A program made the position numbers and the translations under genes. A stretch of DNA of 58,316 nt, counting the filler, from Fonticula-like sp. SCN 57-25 (Eukaryota), in NCBI GenBank assembly GCA_001724245.1. It is 7 parts of 7 records of this genome, joined end to end, with 100 filler letters (N's around TTAATTAATTAA, not from the genome) between each part and the next. Parts side by side here need not be neighbours in the genome. Positions count along the whole stretch, not along the records: positions 42,734 to 50,351 come from MEDX01000348.1; positions 50,452 to 58,316 come from MEDX01000349.1; 5 more parts are not named here. One strand, given 5' to 3'. Of the stretch, positions 47,545 to 58,316 are shown one piece after another. The notes under the pieces are model-generated. The model saw only the letters and a list, made by a program, of their open reading frames with translations, had not been told where the DNA came from and did not search any database. Numbering within the stretch: the first letter of the stretch is position 1; every line of letters starts with the position of its first letter.

Positions 47545-49083
47545 ATGGCGGCAAATCGTCCAGCCATCATGGAGGCAGGCGGGCGATATCAGCTCCTCGT
47601 GTCAAGCACGGCCCAGCCTTTGTCGAGCCTATTGAACTCCAACGGACTCTCTGGCCTTGAGAGCGCCGCGTTCAAGGTCCTTATCGGAAAGGCGACTCTT
47701 TCGGACGGTTCTTTCGTTGTCCGCCGCGTGTCTGACGGCTCACTGCAATGCGGGTCGCCTGCGCGTGAATTGCTCGACCTGCCCCTCGGCGGCGAGCTGG
47801 ATGCCGACGCCGCAGCCTCCCTTGGCCTGGAGATCTTTGTTTTAAACACGTCCTCAAGCGACTCTGTTGCAGAGGGCGATCGCATCGTGGTCGACCTTGG
47901 CGCCCTTAAGCGCGAGCGGGAATCGGACACGACAAACTTACCGTCCAAGGCGCGTCGCACCTCGTCTTCCGACGCACCTTCCTCTGCCTCTGGGCGGCTC
48001 TCCAATGCGTTTTCTTCATGGTCAGGCGCCGTGCCGCCGTCGCCTGATCTTGATGTGCTTCTATCGTTTGATCTTTCCTCGCGCGTGTTTCCGTGTGTGG
48101 CAGCCGTGCGTGAGGGCGCCTCATCGCTCGTGAGCCGCCTCTTTGCATCGCTCCCCGGCTTGCGGGTCGGCGCGCTTGTGCACGGCGACTCTGCCGACTC
48201 TATTAATATGCTTGATCTCGTCGATCGCGCGGGCGCCGCCTCACTCGTCTCTTTTCTGCGCACGGCGCCGCAGAACGCCGGACCGGCAGCCTTGTGTCGG
48301 ACCGTGTACAATAACGTGCTGACGCGCGCGCGGAGCGCCACATGGTCGTCCTCCAACCGCGTGCTTGTGGTGGTGGGCGACGGCGCGCCCGACCGAGCGG
48401 ACGACACGTGGCGCGTCGCCGCCGCCGATCTCGGCGCGCGCATTGTCGCTGTTCAATTGCTCGACCAATCCACGTTTGCGTGGTTTTGGCGGGAGCTTGC
48501 CGAGCACGGTGGCGCGCATGTGTCGCTCTCGCAGTATGCCCACGTGGCAGATGTTCTAGCGGGAGCGTGCTACGGTGCGGCCCGGGGCGCGGGCGACCTG
48601 CGCACATGGGCAAGCCACGTGCGTTCAGAGGGGCGCATGACCCGTTCGCTCGCCGCGTCGCTCGACGCACTCGCAGGAGGTGACCATGTGGACGTACTCT
48701 CTCATGTTGACGCGTCGTCGCCCATCCGCTCCGACAGTCTGCAGGTGGCCCCACCGTGGCGCTACCAGTTGCTGCGCGTGGCGGACCGCGTGAGCGTCGC
48801 GCGGATGGCGGAGCGCTTTGGCGTTGCAGTTGAGGGGCGGCGCATGTTCTACGAGGTGGCCAAGCCGGCAAAGTGCCCCGACGGCGACGTGGTGGTCGTC
48901 GATCGGCGGACCGGCGACGCGATCGACGGAGCGCAGGCAACGGCCATCGTCCGGGCGAAGGGGAAGGTGGACCACAGTGTACTGGCCACTTGGAGAGTGT
49001 TTGCGCAGTGTGCTACACCTACCAGGGACCTCGTGCCGGACACGGGGTTCCTTTTTGAGGTAAGCGCCGCTGAGCTCGAATAA
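47545..49083 (+). CDS. Intronless vWA-domain protein with related N- and C-terminal domains
   Basis: DVLLSFDLSSRVFPCV..LPGLRVGALVHGD..W..RVLVVVGDGAP resembles a vWA fold with a degenerate MIDAS. Both flanking domains start with RYQLL. Confidence 0.75.
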   Translation: MAANRPAIMEAGGRYQLLVSSTAQPLSSLLNSNGLSGLESAAFKVLIGKATLSDGSFVVRRVSDGSLQCGSPARELLDLPLGGELDADAAASLGLEIFVLNTSSSDSVAEGDRIVVDLGALKRERESDTTNLPSKARRTSSSDAPSSASGRLSNAFSSWSGAVPPSPDLDVLLSFDLSSRVFPCVAAVREGASSLVSRLFASLPGLRVGALVHGDSADSINMLDLVDRAGAASLVSFLRTAPQNAGPAALCRTVYNNVLTRARSATWSSSNRVLVVVGDGAPDRADDTWRVAAADLGARIVAVQLLDQSTFAWFWRELAEHGGAHVSLSQYAHVADVLAGACYGAARGAGDLRTWASHVRSEGRMTRSLAASLDALAGGDHVDVLSHVDASSPIRSDSLQVAPPWRYQLLRVADRVSVARMAERFGVAVEGRRMFYEVAKPAKCPDGDVVVVDRRTGDAIDGAQATAIVRAKGKVDHSVLATWRVFAQCATPTRDLVPDTGFLFEVSAAELE

Positions 49084-49250
49084 GGTTTTGGTATTATTTT
49101 ATGTGTAATTTTTGCGTCTAATATAACGGAGATGGATAGAATCATGCAGTGTGCGCAAATAGCCACCAGATACCATTCGCCGCTGATAAAAAAATACACT
49201 ATATTGATACTGCAACATTGATAGAATACACGAATGCACGGTGGCCTGTC

Positions 49251-50319
49251 CTAGACGTCAGGGTTGTACTTCACGACGCTTTGCCGCATGAACGCTCTGA
49301 AGCGCTCTGCGTACTCGTCGGGCGGCACTACCGAGATCTGCTTCCCGTCGTAGACAATCCTCTTGAGGTAGTGCTCGCCCTGCTTGAGCGCCTCGTACGC
49401 GATGAGAATGTCGATGATGCCGACGAAGACGACCTGCTCGCCGATAAGCACGGAGCCGTGCCCGTCTTCGGCAAACGACGCCATGCCACCGTCGTCCATC
49501 GCAAAAACGCTCTGGCGCGTCATTCGTGGCACCTGCGCGTCGTCCTCTGGGAACGACGTCGCAGCGCTAAGGGAGGGGGCTGCGCGGCCGCCGCCAACGC
49601 TGCGCCGCAGCGTCCCGAGCAGCTTGGCCAGCGAACCGCGCTGCACAATCCCCGACGACGGCGCCGGCGACGAGGTCGACGCGACAGACGAGGTCGACGG
49701 AGAAGCAGAAATTGCATCTGAATCGCCTCCGACTTTGCCGACTCTGGAATCATCATGCTGCTGATTCTGATGCTCTGCTGCCGGTCCACCCTCAACTCCC
49801 CCTTCGACTTTGTCCCCGACTGGCGTAGAACATACGCTCGCTCCTCCCCCAACTCCTTCCCCAACTCCACCCTCGACGGCTTTTTCGATCTTTTTCTTTT
49901 GCTGCTCGACAAAGTGTGTGAGCTCGGCCTCGACGACGATGGACCCGCGGTCCCTCTTGTGCACGCCGACGAGCAGCGAGTAGTCGATGATGCCCTGCGC
50001 CTGCAGGAACGCGCTGTCGGCATCGATCTGCGCGAGCAGCCGCGGGGCAATGACCGGGCCGACGTCGACGCGCGCGCCGACCTCGATAAAATCGAGGTCC
50101 TTGAGCACCTGGCGCGTGTTGCGGAGGTCGACGTCGGGACCGACCGTGCGGCCGACAGTCGAGCCCTTGAGGTCAAAGCGCGTGTCGATGCGCAGCGACG
50201 CATTGAAAATGTTGCCCATCACCACGAACCGGCAAACAACGTCGCCGATAGTCAGGCGGTACAGCCCGTAGATGCGCGACAAAAGCGTGTCGGGGTTTGC
50301 GCGGAGGTGAGCGTAGTAG
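49251..50319 (-). CDS. Phosphatidylinositol phosphate kinase (PIP5K/PIP4K family), last exon only
   Basis: TLLSRIYGLY, FVVMGNIF, FDLKGSTVGR, LKDLDF, IIDYSLLVGVH, GIIDIL, ISVVPPDEYAERF. Confidence 0.93.
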
Positions 50320-50451
50320 CTAAGGCGCGTCAGAAGAAGCAGAAAAAGGGANNNNNNNNNNNNNNNNNNNNNNNNNNNNNNNNNNNNNNNNNNNNTTAAT
50401 TAATTAANNNNNNNNNNNNNNNNNNNNNNNNNNNNNNNNNNNNNNNNNNNN

Positions 50452-50525
50452 GCGGCAGGAGGTGCCCGAGCCGGTAAACCCAGCGTTGCAGGTGCAGGTT
50501 CCAGCGCTCTGGTTGCAGGTCGCAT
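50452..50525 (+). repeat. 74-bp direct repeat, identical to 58243-58316 (both ends of the contig)
   Basis: gcggcaggaggtgcccgag...tggttgcaggtcgcat is identical at both positions. Confidence 0.98.
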
Positions 50526-51500
50526 TCGGGTCGCAAGTAAGGTAGTCAAAGGCAATGAATGCACGGAACGACGCTCCAGAAACCCAGGCGTAATAGGTAC
50601 CGATTAGGCTGTCTACATACGTATGGCGGAAGCCGGTCTGTTAACAGGAGATTAGAAACGAAGCGACAAACTGAGTAACCGCGTATGGATACATTGCTAT
50701 TTGTAAGTCGAACGGCGGCATTCAAAGTAGCTGCAGTGATCGGGACCGACCCAAAGCTATGAAAGTGGAGACCCTCTGAGAATTTATGAACAGCATCATT
50801 CGTTGCCATACCTTCCGTTTGGAATGTATTTTGTTGCGGTGGCCAGTGCTCCCAGACGAGCTGTAAGCAAAGGTTGATTGCCGTAGGAAAGTTTCGTGTG
50901 AGTCCTGTGAGAATCCAAGGGGCAGCGTGAGTGGGCAGAGCGAAAAATTTTGCCCAGCAGCTGTGCAGGCGCACCATGTCGTCGCCGGCGCATCGACTCG
51001 GATTTGAACAAAGTTGGAAGTCAAAAAGGAAGCCTGGGTCGGCATAATGTTAAAGGTCGGAGTACCATAGGCGCAGAAGCGCGAAGGCGTCGGCTATTAT
51101 GGAAAAGCGCGATGTCAGATCGCCTGACCCAACCGACTACAACAAACTGAGCTCGAAGCGTACCGCGAGCGCAGCAAAGTTAAACATGAGGTAATGGTAA
51201 AGATTCGGCGCAGTACCGGATCCAAGGGTGTAATAGTAGGTATATGCTATCGAGCGCAATACATCAGGACCGGCTCCATCGAGTATCCGCCGACGTACTA
51301 ACAGGCCCCATGAAATCATTCGGCGCGAAACTGGATGTGTAATCCCCGGCGAATTCATATGCCCTGCTGTCGTTCACGCTGCTTACTGGAATCACAGAGT
51401 GGCACCCTGCGTTAGACCAAGAACAACATGAGCGATTCGTACCGCAGAGAAAAACGGCTGCCAGCACCGCCGCCAGCGCGGCTCCCCTTCGCCGAGCCAT
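50452..51500 (-). CDS. 5' part of a receptor (pseudo)kinase gene: signal peptide, DNRLRE/CBM96-like domain, EGF-like domain
   Basis: MARRRGAALAAVLAAVFLC signal peptide. Spliced exons give YLMFNF..WTHTKLSYGNQP, then CDPNATCNQSAGTCTCNAGFTGSGTSC. The last 74 nt equal the other end of the contig. Confidence 0.7.
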
Positions 51501-51956
51501 CAGTCGTTCGGGCAAAACGTGTTGAGGATGTCCTGATTGGACGGAAAAGTGAGCGGGTTTGCTCGGATAGGTCGAGATTCGCGGTCATCGTCCAATAAAA
51601 CCGCGACCGCCGCAATTTCGAGTCATCCAATCACCATCGACTTCACGATGGTGTGATAACAACGAAACAAGGATAATTATGTGCATACTGTACCACTACA
51701 AGAGTGTAGTAGATCGACACGTTCACAGATCACCAGTGATCAAAGTAATTGGACCGCTTCTTTTTAAATGGTCTTCACCGGGTTCCCTATGGGAAATGTA
51801 GGCTCCAAAAAGGAAACCCACGCGGCGCTGCCACACACAACCCTCGAATCCTCGATCAGCAGAATGAACGAACAACATGCGTGGTATGAAAGTATAGACT
51901 GATAATATTACTTTGATACATGGGGTACAAAACCAAGGAGACACACGACGAGAAAA

Positions 51957-54900
51957 TTACTGGCAAAGCTGCGAAATTCTGGCGCTGACGACGGCAGCCA
52001 ACGGGCGAAGATCCGTCTCAAGGCTGACACACTCTTGGATGACGGATGCGAGGGCAAGCGAGTGCACATCATCGTTGTCGCAAACCACCTGAAGACCCTT
52101 GCCGGCCTTGACAGCGCTCGTCACCGAAGCATCAGAGATCCCACCCCACGGCGCGGACCCAGACAGGATCTCCAGCATGACAACGCCGAGCGAGTAAACG
52201 TCCGACGCCTGGTCCGCTTCAATAGACTCGGAATCGCGGCTTTCCGCGATGCGCACAATCACCTCGGGAGCGGCGTAGCGCACGTTGACTGCCGACTCGC
52301 GCACATAGAACGTGTGCCTGTTTGGAACAATCGTGAGAATGCAAGACTAAACATAAGGATTGACGCACTCGGCGCGCGACTCTGAAAAGTGGCCCAGGAG
52401 CGCGACGGGCATCGACGACGACTCGGACGGCGGCGCCACATAAATGTTGGCCGACTCGATGGCGCGGTGCGCAACGCCGAGGGAGTGCGCCGCGTTGACC
52501 GCCTGAGCGATATCCACGCAGAGGTGAAGAATGCCCTCGATAGGCATCGGGCGGGCCGCCTCGGCCAGGAAGCGCGGCAGGTCCCAAGCGTACTCGCGGA
52601 CCAAGATCGTGCGCGGCTCATCCGCGTAGGCAAGCAACCCGACAACGTTGGGATGGAACGACAGAGACCACAAGATAGACACTTCAAAGTGGAACAGCTC
52701 GTCGTTCATCTTGGGCGTCAGCTCCGCGCGGTCGTTGTAGTCGATGGCAACAACAGTACGGCTACCGGCGCGCTGCACAAGCCGGTCGTCAAGGAGGGTC
52801 GCATGATACATGGTGGCGCTCGTCGATGCCTGAAAGCAGAGACATTAGAAAACGGCTAACAAACATAAACCAGCGCGTACATCGACACGCTCGCCAGGCT
52901 GGACGGTCGTCGCATAGTCAATGAGCAAAAAGCCGGGAAGCGCAATCTCGGCGACAGTGTTCACCACAGTCTTGTCCGCAAACGAAAGATGCGTCTTGCC
53001 GTCAGCGTGGCTCATGCTGCTTTGCGAGCGCGCGAGCGTCTGGCGGTACGACTTCAGCGCCATCTAAGAATAACGGGCCACGTTAGAGCAGGCATTAAAT
53101 TGTAACAATGTGACGCACCAGGCCGCCCACGCCGCCAAACTCGTCCATCTTTGCATCCGTGCGCCTCTGGCGGCGGCGCGAGATCACCACAAGAACAACA
53201 ATCACAACGATAAGAACCACCACGGCAGACGCGCTCGCCGCAGCGATAATGGTACCGTTCGTGCCAAGACCGGGGTCCGACACAACATTATCCGTCGTCG
53301 AGAGCGTCGTAAGAACAAGGCGCGTGCCAACCTGCTCCTCACCGTTTGCATCACCGGCGAGAATAAGCACCTCATAAGCGCGGCCAGATTCGAGATCGCC
53401 AATCACCGCCACCGTGTTGTCCGCTACGAGCATCCACACACTGTCAGCCATCAACAAATTCACACGCTTAGGCGTACTCGAGTTGACGCGCGAGTGCAAC
53501 GTAAAGTCGTCCGCAGCCGCGCGTGAAGGCACAACCTCGCGATAGTACACATGGTAGTACGTCGCGTGCGGCGACGCAGTCCAGCTCAGCGAAAGCGAGT
53601 CCGTCGACGGCTCATCGAGCCGCAGGCCAGAAGCAGCTACAGACCGGCGTCAGACTAGATAGACACGTACAATCAGCGTACGCGTGATGTAGGTCTCGAC
53701 CGAGATCACCGCGCCGCCCTCCGTGTTGTACCCGTTCTCATCGCCCGACGTGATCCGGAACTGGTAGCTCGTCCTGGGGAAAAGGTTCTTCACCTCGATC
53801 GTCCGCTCCTTGAAATTAATGGCGGCTTTGCGCACGGGTTAGCACAAATCAACCAGCACGCTGCGCGCGCACTGTTCAGGTTGGCCACAACAAAGGCGCT
53901 CGTGCCCAGCGCGACCTCAGCCATGAAGGTGACGTTGCCCGTCGAGTTCAGCACGTTCCACGCAAGCACAACAGACGTCGACGTCTTGCTCGTCCACGTC
54001 AGGTTGGCAATGTTGTCGTTGCTCTCAACCGGGATCAGCTCGCACACGTTCGAAAAGCCTTCCTCCCACGTGCCGTCCAGCTTGCACTGGCGCGACGGCG
54101 GACCAGCGTCCGACTCGCGGTACCCGTGCGGGCAGCGGCCGATGCTCACCTCGCCCGGCTCAGCGGCGGGGAAGAACGTGTTGCCCACGCTCTCCGTCGG
54201 GCAGTCGTCGTACTTGATCTGGCACGGGTTCACAATGGTGGAATTCCACGCTCCAGACAGCAAGCACTGCCGAGTGGGAAGGCCCGTCGTGCCCTCGCGG
54301 CATGCGCCCGTCGCAACATTGCCGGCGAGCGTCTCCGACCACACGGCATCACTCGCAGTGTTCTCCGGGCAATACAAAGCTACGGATACCTGTGAGCAGC
54401 AGACAAATGCGCAAGGCGTCCGTACCTGCGCACGCGTTCGAGATGGCACCCCACTGGCCGTCCTCGTCGCACTCGCGCGACGGCGAGCCCGAGAAGCCGG
54501 CGTTGCACGTTCCGGACACGATCGGCGAGATCGACGGGGACAGCGGCCACTGCGCGTTGCCGTCCTCGACCGCGGGGCACGAGAGACCTACCGAACGTGT
54601 GAGCAACAACGAAAGACAGTGGGGACCGCATACGTGTGCAAGAGTTATTCACCGCGCTCCACTGGCCATCCAGCTTGCATTCCCTCGACGGGCTCCCGGC
54701 GTATCCAGTGTGACACGTGCCGGCAGTCGCACTACCGGCCGTTGTCTCCGGCCAATCAGCGTTATCAAACGCACCCGACGAGCACTTGAGAACTGCAGCG
54801 CGCGTCAGCCAAGGAGACACAAGGCAGCACTACGCACCTGTGCACGACCCAACAATGCCCGTCCACGTGCCCGCCATGCGGCAGTCACGAACCGGCTCGC

Positions 54901-57900
54901 CAACGGAGCCAACGGGGCACGTGCCCAAAACACTGTCTGTCCCGCTATCAGTCTGCGGCCACGAGCCGCTGGCGCCCTCATCCACAGCGGGGCAGGTGGT
55001 GCCTGACAAACAACTAGTAAGCGCGCGGCCATCAAACATAGCCGGCCGTACGAATGCACGGGTTCGACGTCGCAGAGTAGATGCCTTCCGAACTGCAGTT
55101 GCGCAGCGGAGCGCCCTGCCAGCCGTCCACGCATGTGCCGCGAACGCCAACCGTCATCGAATCGGCCTGCGGCCAGTCGGCGTTGTCCGAGACAACCGCG
55201 CTGCAGCGGAGACGCGTGCACGTCCCAACCGCCGCCTCCCACGAGCCGCTCGCGCTGCATGCGCGCGTCGGACGGGTCGAGAACCCAAAGCCCTCGACGC
55301 ATGATCCCATAGCAACCGAGCCGGGCGACGTCGACGGCCACATAACGCTGTTCAGCGTCTCAGCCGGGCACGAGTACTCTGTTGGTACAAGCGTCAATCA
55401 CTACATCAGCACAACAGCATTGATGCGTACGTTCGCAGATACCGGAGATCGGTTGCCACGAGCCATCGGCCGAGCAGGAGCGCGACACGGTGCCATAGTA
55501 GCCATCCTTGCAGGTCCCTGACACCGTCACACCGCCAAGCGTCGCTGGCCACTCGGCATCGCCCTCGGTACGAGCAGCACACTGCTTCTGCGTGCACGGA
55601 TTCGTCACCGTCTCCCACTGGCCCTCGATCGAGCACGTGCGCGTCGGCGACCCCTCAAAGCCGGCAAAGCACGTGCCGGTAGCAACCTGGCCGGCCTGCG
55701 TCGAAGGCCACGACGACTGTTGGCCGTCGTTACCGATCGACGCGCACATGATGGCAGTGCACAGCGGCGACGGCGTCAGCCACGCGCCAGTGAGCGAGCA
55801 GCCGCGCGACGTCGTGCCAGTGTACCCAGCGACGCACGTGCCGGAAGAAGTGTAGCCGGCCTGGATCGTCTCGGGCCATTCGGCAAAGAACGGCTGGTAC
55901 GACGGCAGGTCCTTTGTGCACAAGATCGGCTCGCACGGGTTCGTGATCACAGTGTCCCACTGGCCGTTCTGCTGGCACAGGCGCGTGGGCGTGCCGGTGG
56001 ACTTGTATCCGGCAACGCATGTGCCATTAACAACGGTGTTGACGTCACGCGGCGAAGGCCAGTTGGCGTGGTAGTCGTTGGTCAGCGCGTCGCACGGGTT
56101 GGTCGAGCACGGGTTCAGCACATCGGACCACGTCCCGTTGTAGAAGCAGTCGCGGCGGGGGGAGCCAGACGTGTTGGGATAGCAGACGCCAGAAACCGAC
56201 ATGTCACCGGCATAGGCGGTCGACCAGACAGCCAGCGCGTCCGTGTCATTCACGCCAGCGCACTGCAGCTCTGTCGCGCATCGTCAGCAAGTGCACTTAA
56301 ACCCATTGGCAAATACGCACGGATGCACTCGCCAGACATAGTGCCCCAGTTGCCAATGATATCGCACGACCGCGTCGGCGCGCCCTCCCATCCAGGGTCG
56401 CACGTGCCGACCACATCAGCAGAGCCGGCGGCCACAGGAACCCACGAAGCGTGCGAGTCGATGCGCGGCGGGCACATGATTTCTATGTCGAATGTTAGCA
56501 GCCAACCACGGGCTAATCACAGGCGTACGCGTGCACGGGTTGATGATGTCGCCAAACGTCCCGTCCGCGGTGCAGGGGCGCGTCGGAGACCCAGAAAAGC
56601 CGGCAGCGCAAACGCCAGTAGCAAGCGTCAGCGAATCCGTCAACGACCACGTGGCATTGCCCTCCGTCGTGGCCGCGCATTGAATACCTTCGATCCTCAT
56701 TAATGAGCGCACAGTCAAATGAGAAATCAACGCGTACGGGTGCACGACGGAGACGGGTTGGTCCAGTAGCCGAATATGTCGCAATTGCGGGCCGTCGGCC
56801 CAGAGTATCCCGAGACGCACTCGCCGGCAACCGCATTGCTTCCCGCAGCCGCGCTCGGCCAGTTGGCGTTATTCAGCTGCCCGGCGCTGCAAAAGATTTC
56901 TGCGACGAGCGTGTTAAAAAACATCGTCCACGACGACTAGCGTCGCGCGTACGTGTGCACGGGTTCGAGATGGCGCCCCACGAGCCGTTGGCATTGCAGG
57001 CGCGGGTAGGCGAGCCCGTGTAACCGGGAACGCACGTCCCGGAAGCCGACGTCAGCGAAGGCGTGTTGCCCGGCCAAACAGCGTTGTTGTCGGTCGCCGC
57101 CCCGCACAGGTTTTCTGGCCAGCGTCAGATGTCGTGCACGCACGGCGCGCCAAAACGTACGAATGCAGGTCGGGTTCACCGTCGACGACCAAACGCCCTC
57201 GATGGAGCACGCGCGCGCCGGCGAACCGCTGTACCCGGCTACGCAGGTGCCCGCAGCCGAGTCTCCAGAGTTCGTAAGCGGCCAGTCGGCGTTCTGGTAC
57301 CCAGTCACCGCAGCGCAGGTAATCCCTGTACGCGTGATCAGCGACGTCAGCGGTTGATATAATGAACCACGTACGGATGCAGCTGCCGGTGACGGTTGAC
57401 GACCAGGCGCCGTTCGAGCACAGGCGCGTCGGCGCGCCGCTGTAGCCCGCATTGCACGTGCCCGTGGCCGTGACGCCGTGCGACGTCTGCGGCCAGCTCA
57501 CGAACCGAGCGGCGTCCGCCTGGGCGGGGCAATTCATCGCTGCACAGTTAAATGTCAGGTACGCCTACTTTAAATATCTGCGCGCGCGCACCAACGCAGG
57601 GCGAGGTGACCGGTCCCCATGTGCCCGACGCAGAGCACGTGCTCTTGGGCGACCCGCCAAAACCACTCGCGCACGTTCCAGTCGCAGTCGCAAGGCTCAG
57701 CGTCGCAGGGAAACTGGCTGTACCAATCGTCTCTGCGGCACAGACGTGCTCTGCCGATATCGTGTGAACGCGACGCAAAAACAATATCGATCGCGACCGG
57801 CGTACGAACACACGAAGGAGAGGGCGTCGACGACCAGACTCCGGTGACGCCGCACGCCAACTTGGGCGTACCATACCAGCCGGAAATGCACGTACCCGTC

Positions 57901-58316
57901 GCGGTAGTCCCCGCGTTTGTCAACGGGTACGAGGCGCTGCCGGGCCCGGAGGGGTACGCCGGGCATGTAATCTCTGCACGTTGACGTCAGTTACGATTCG
58001 ACCATTCTAATTTGTCCCGTACTGGTGCACTGCGTTCCCGTCACTGCGCCAAACGTTCCGTCGTCCGTCGTAACAAGCAGACTTTGGCGCTCCGGTAAAG
58101 GTCGACACGCACACGCCGCTGCCGGTGGCGCCGTGGTTGGTAAGCGGGAACGCGGCGTTGCTGAGTGTCGTAGCAGCACATTTGTTGAAAGCTAGCGGGA
58201 TTTAACGTAAATGAAAAGTCGCAATACCACAATCAGCGTACCGCGGCAGGAGGTGCCCGAGCCGGTAAACCCAGCGTTGCAGGTGCAGGTTCCAGCGCTC
58301 TGGTTGCAGGTCGCAT
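51957..58316 (-). CDS. Single-pass receptor pseudokinase: EGF, about 21 hormone-receptor(HormR)-like Cys modules, 2 FN3, TM, TKL-like pseudokinase; frameshift at 58057-58070
   Basis: Repeats of C..A.WP.T..G...G.C..G(F/Y).G.P.R.C...G.W....NPC; FN3 motifs (VVLAW..NLFPRTSYQFRI; LSLSW..DLESGRAYEVLI); TM AVVVLIVVIVVLVVI followed by SRRRQRR; kinase fold HPNVVGL, RYAAPE, SDVYSLGVVMLEI, RP. Confidence 0.85.

Overview
Eukaryotic DNA made of seven unrelated contigs joined by artificial N-TTAATTAATTAA-N linkers (10501-10600, 18338-18437, 26591-26690, 34901-35000, 42634-42733, 50352-50451), so gene order across linkers means nothing. Six contigs come from a compact, GC-rich genome with short GT-AG introns (mostly about 45-90 nt, GTRCGY donors, YTRAC-like branch points). 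The gene content suggests a unicellular opisthokont protist (inference). Recognisable genes: VPS41, PRP8, a CYP4-clan P450, exportin-4, a GT4-like glycosyltransferase, UBC13, IPK1, HRQ1, eIF4G, a GDP-fucose transporter, EMC8/9, Rieske ISP, a PIP kinase, tRNA-Tyr and tRNA-Gly. Highlights: (1) an intein with a decayed LAGLIDADG domain in the beta-finger of the Prp8 RNase H-like domain, not at the usual fungal site; (2) a large receptor pseudokinase (DNRLRE/CBM96-like tip, EGF, about 21 hormone-receptor-like Cys modules, 2 FN3, TM, dead kinase) on a contig whose two ends are the same 74 bp, i.e. a tandem array or a circle; (3) an 8.2 kb gene-free, extremely AT-rich contig of nested repeats, including units with covarying hairpins; (4) a SNORD59/snR54-like C/D snoRNA in an eIF4G intron; (5) a PIF/Harbinger-type MITE next to a small ORF resembling a circularly permuted GIY-YIG protein; (6) an intronless vWA protein flanked by two copies of the same domain. 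All calls are by eye; no database searches were run.
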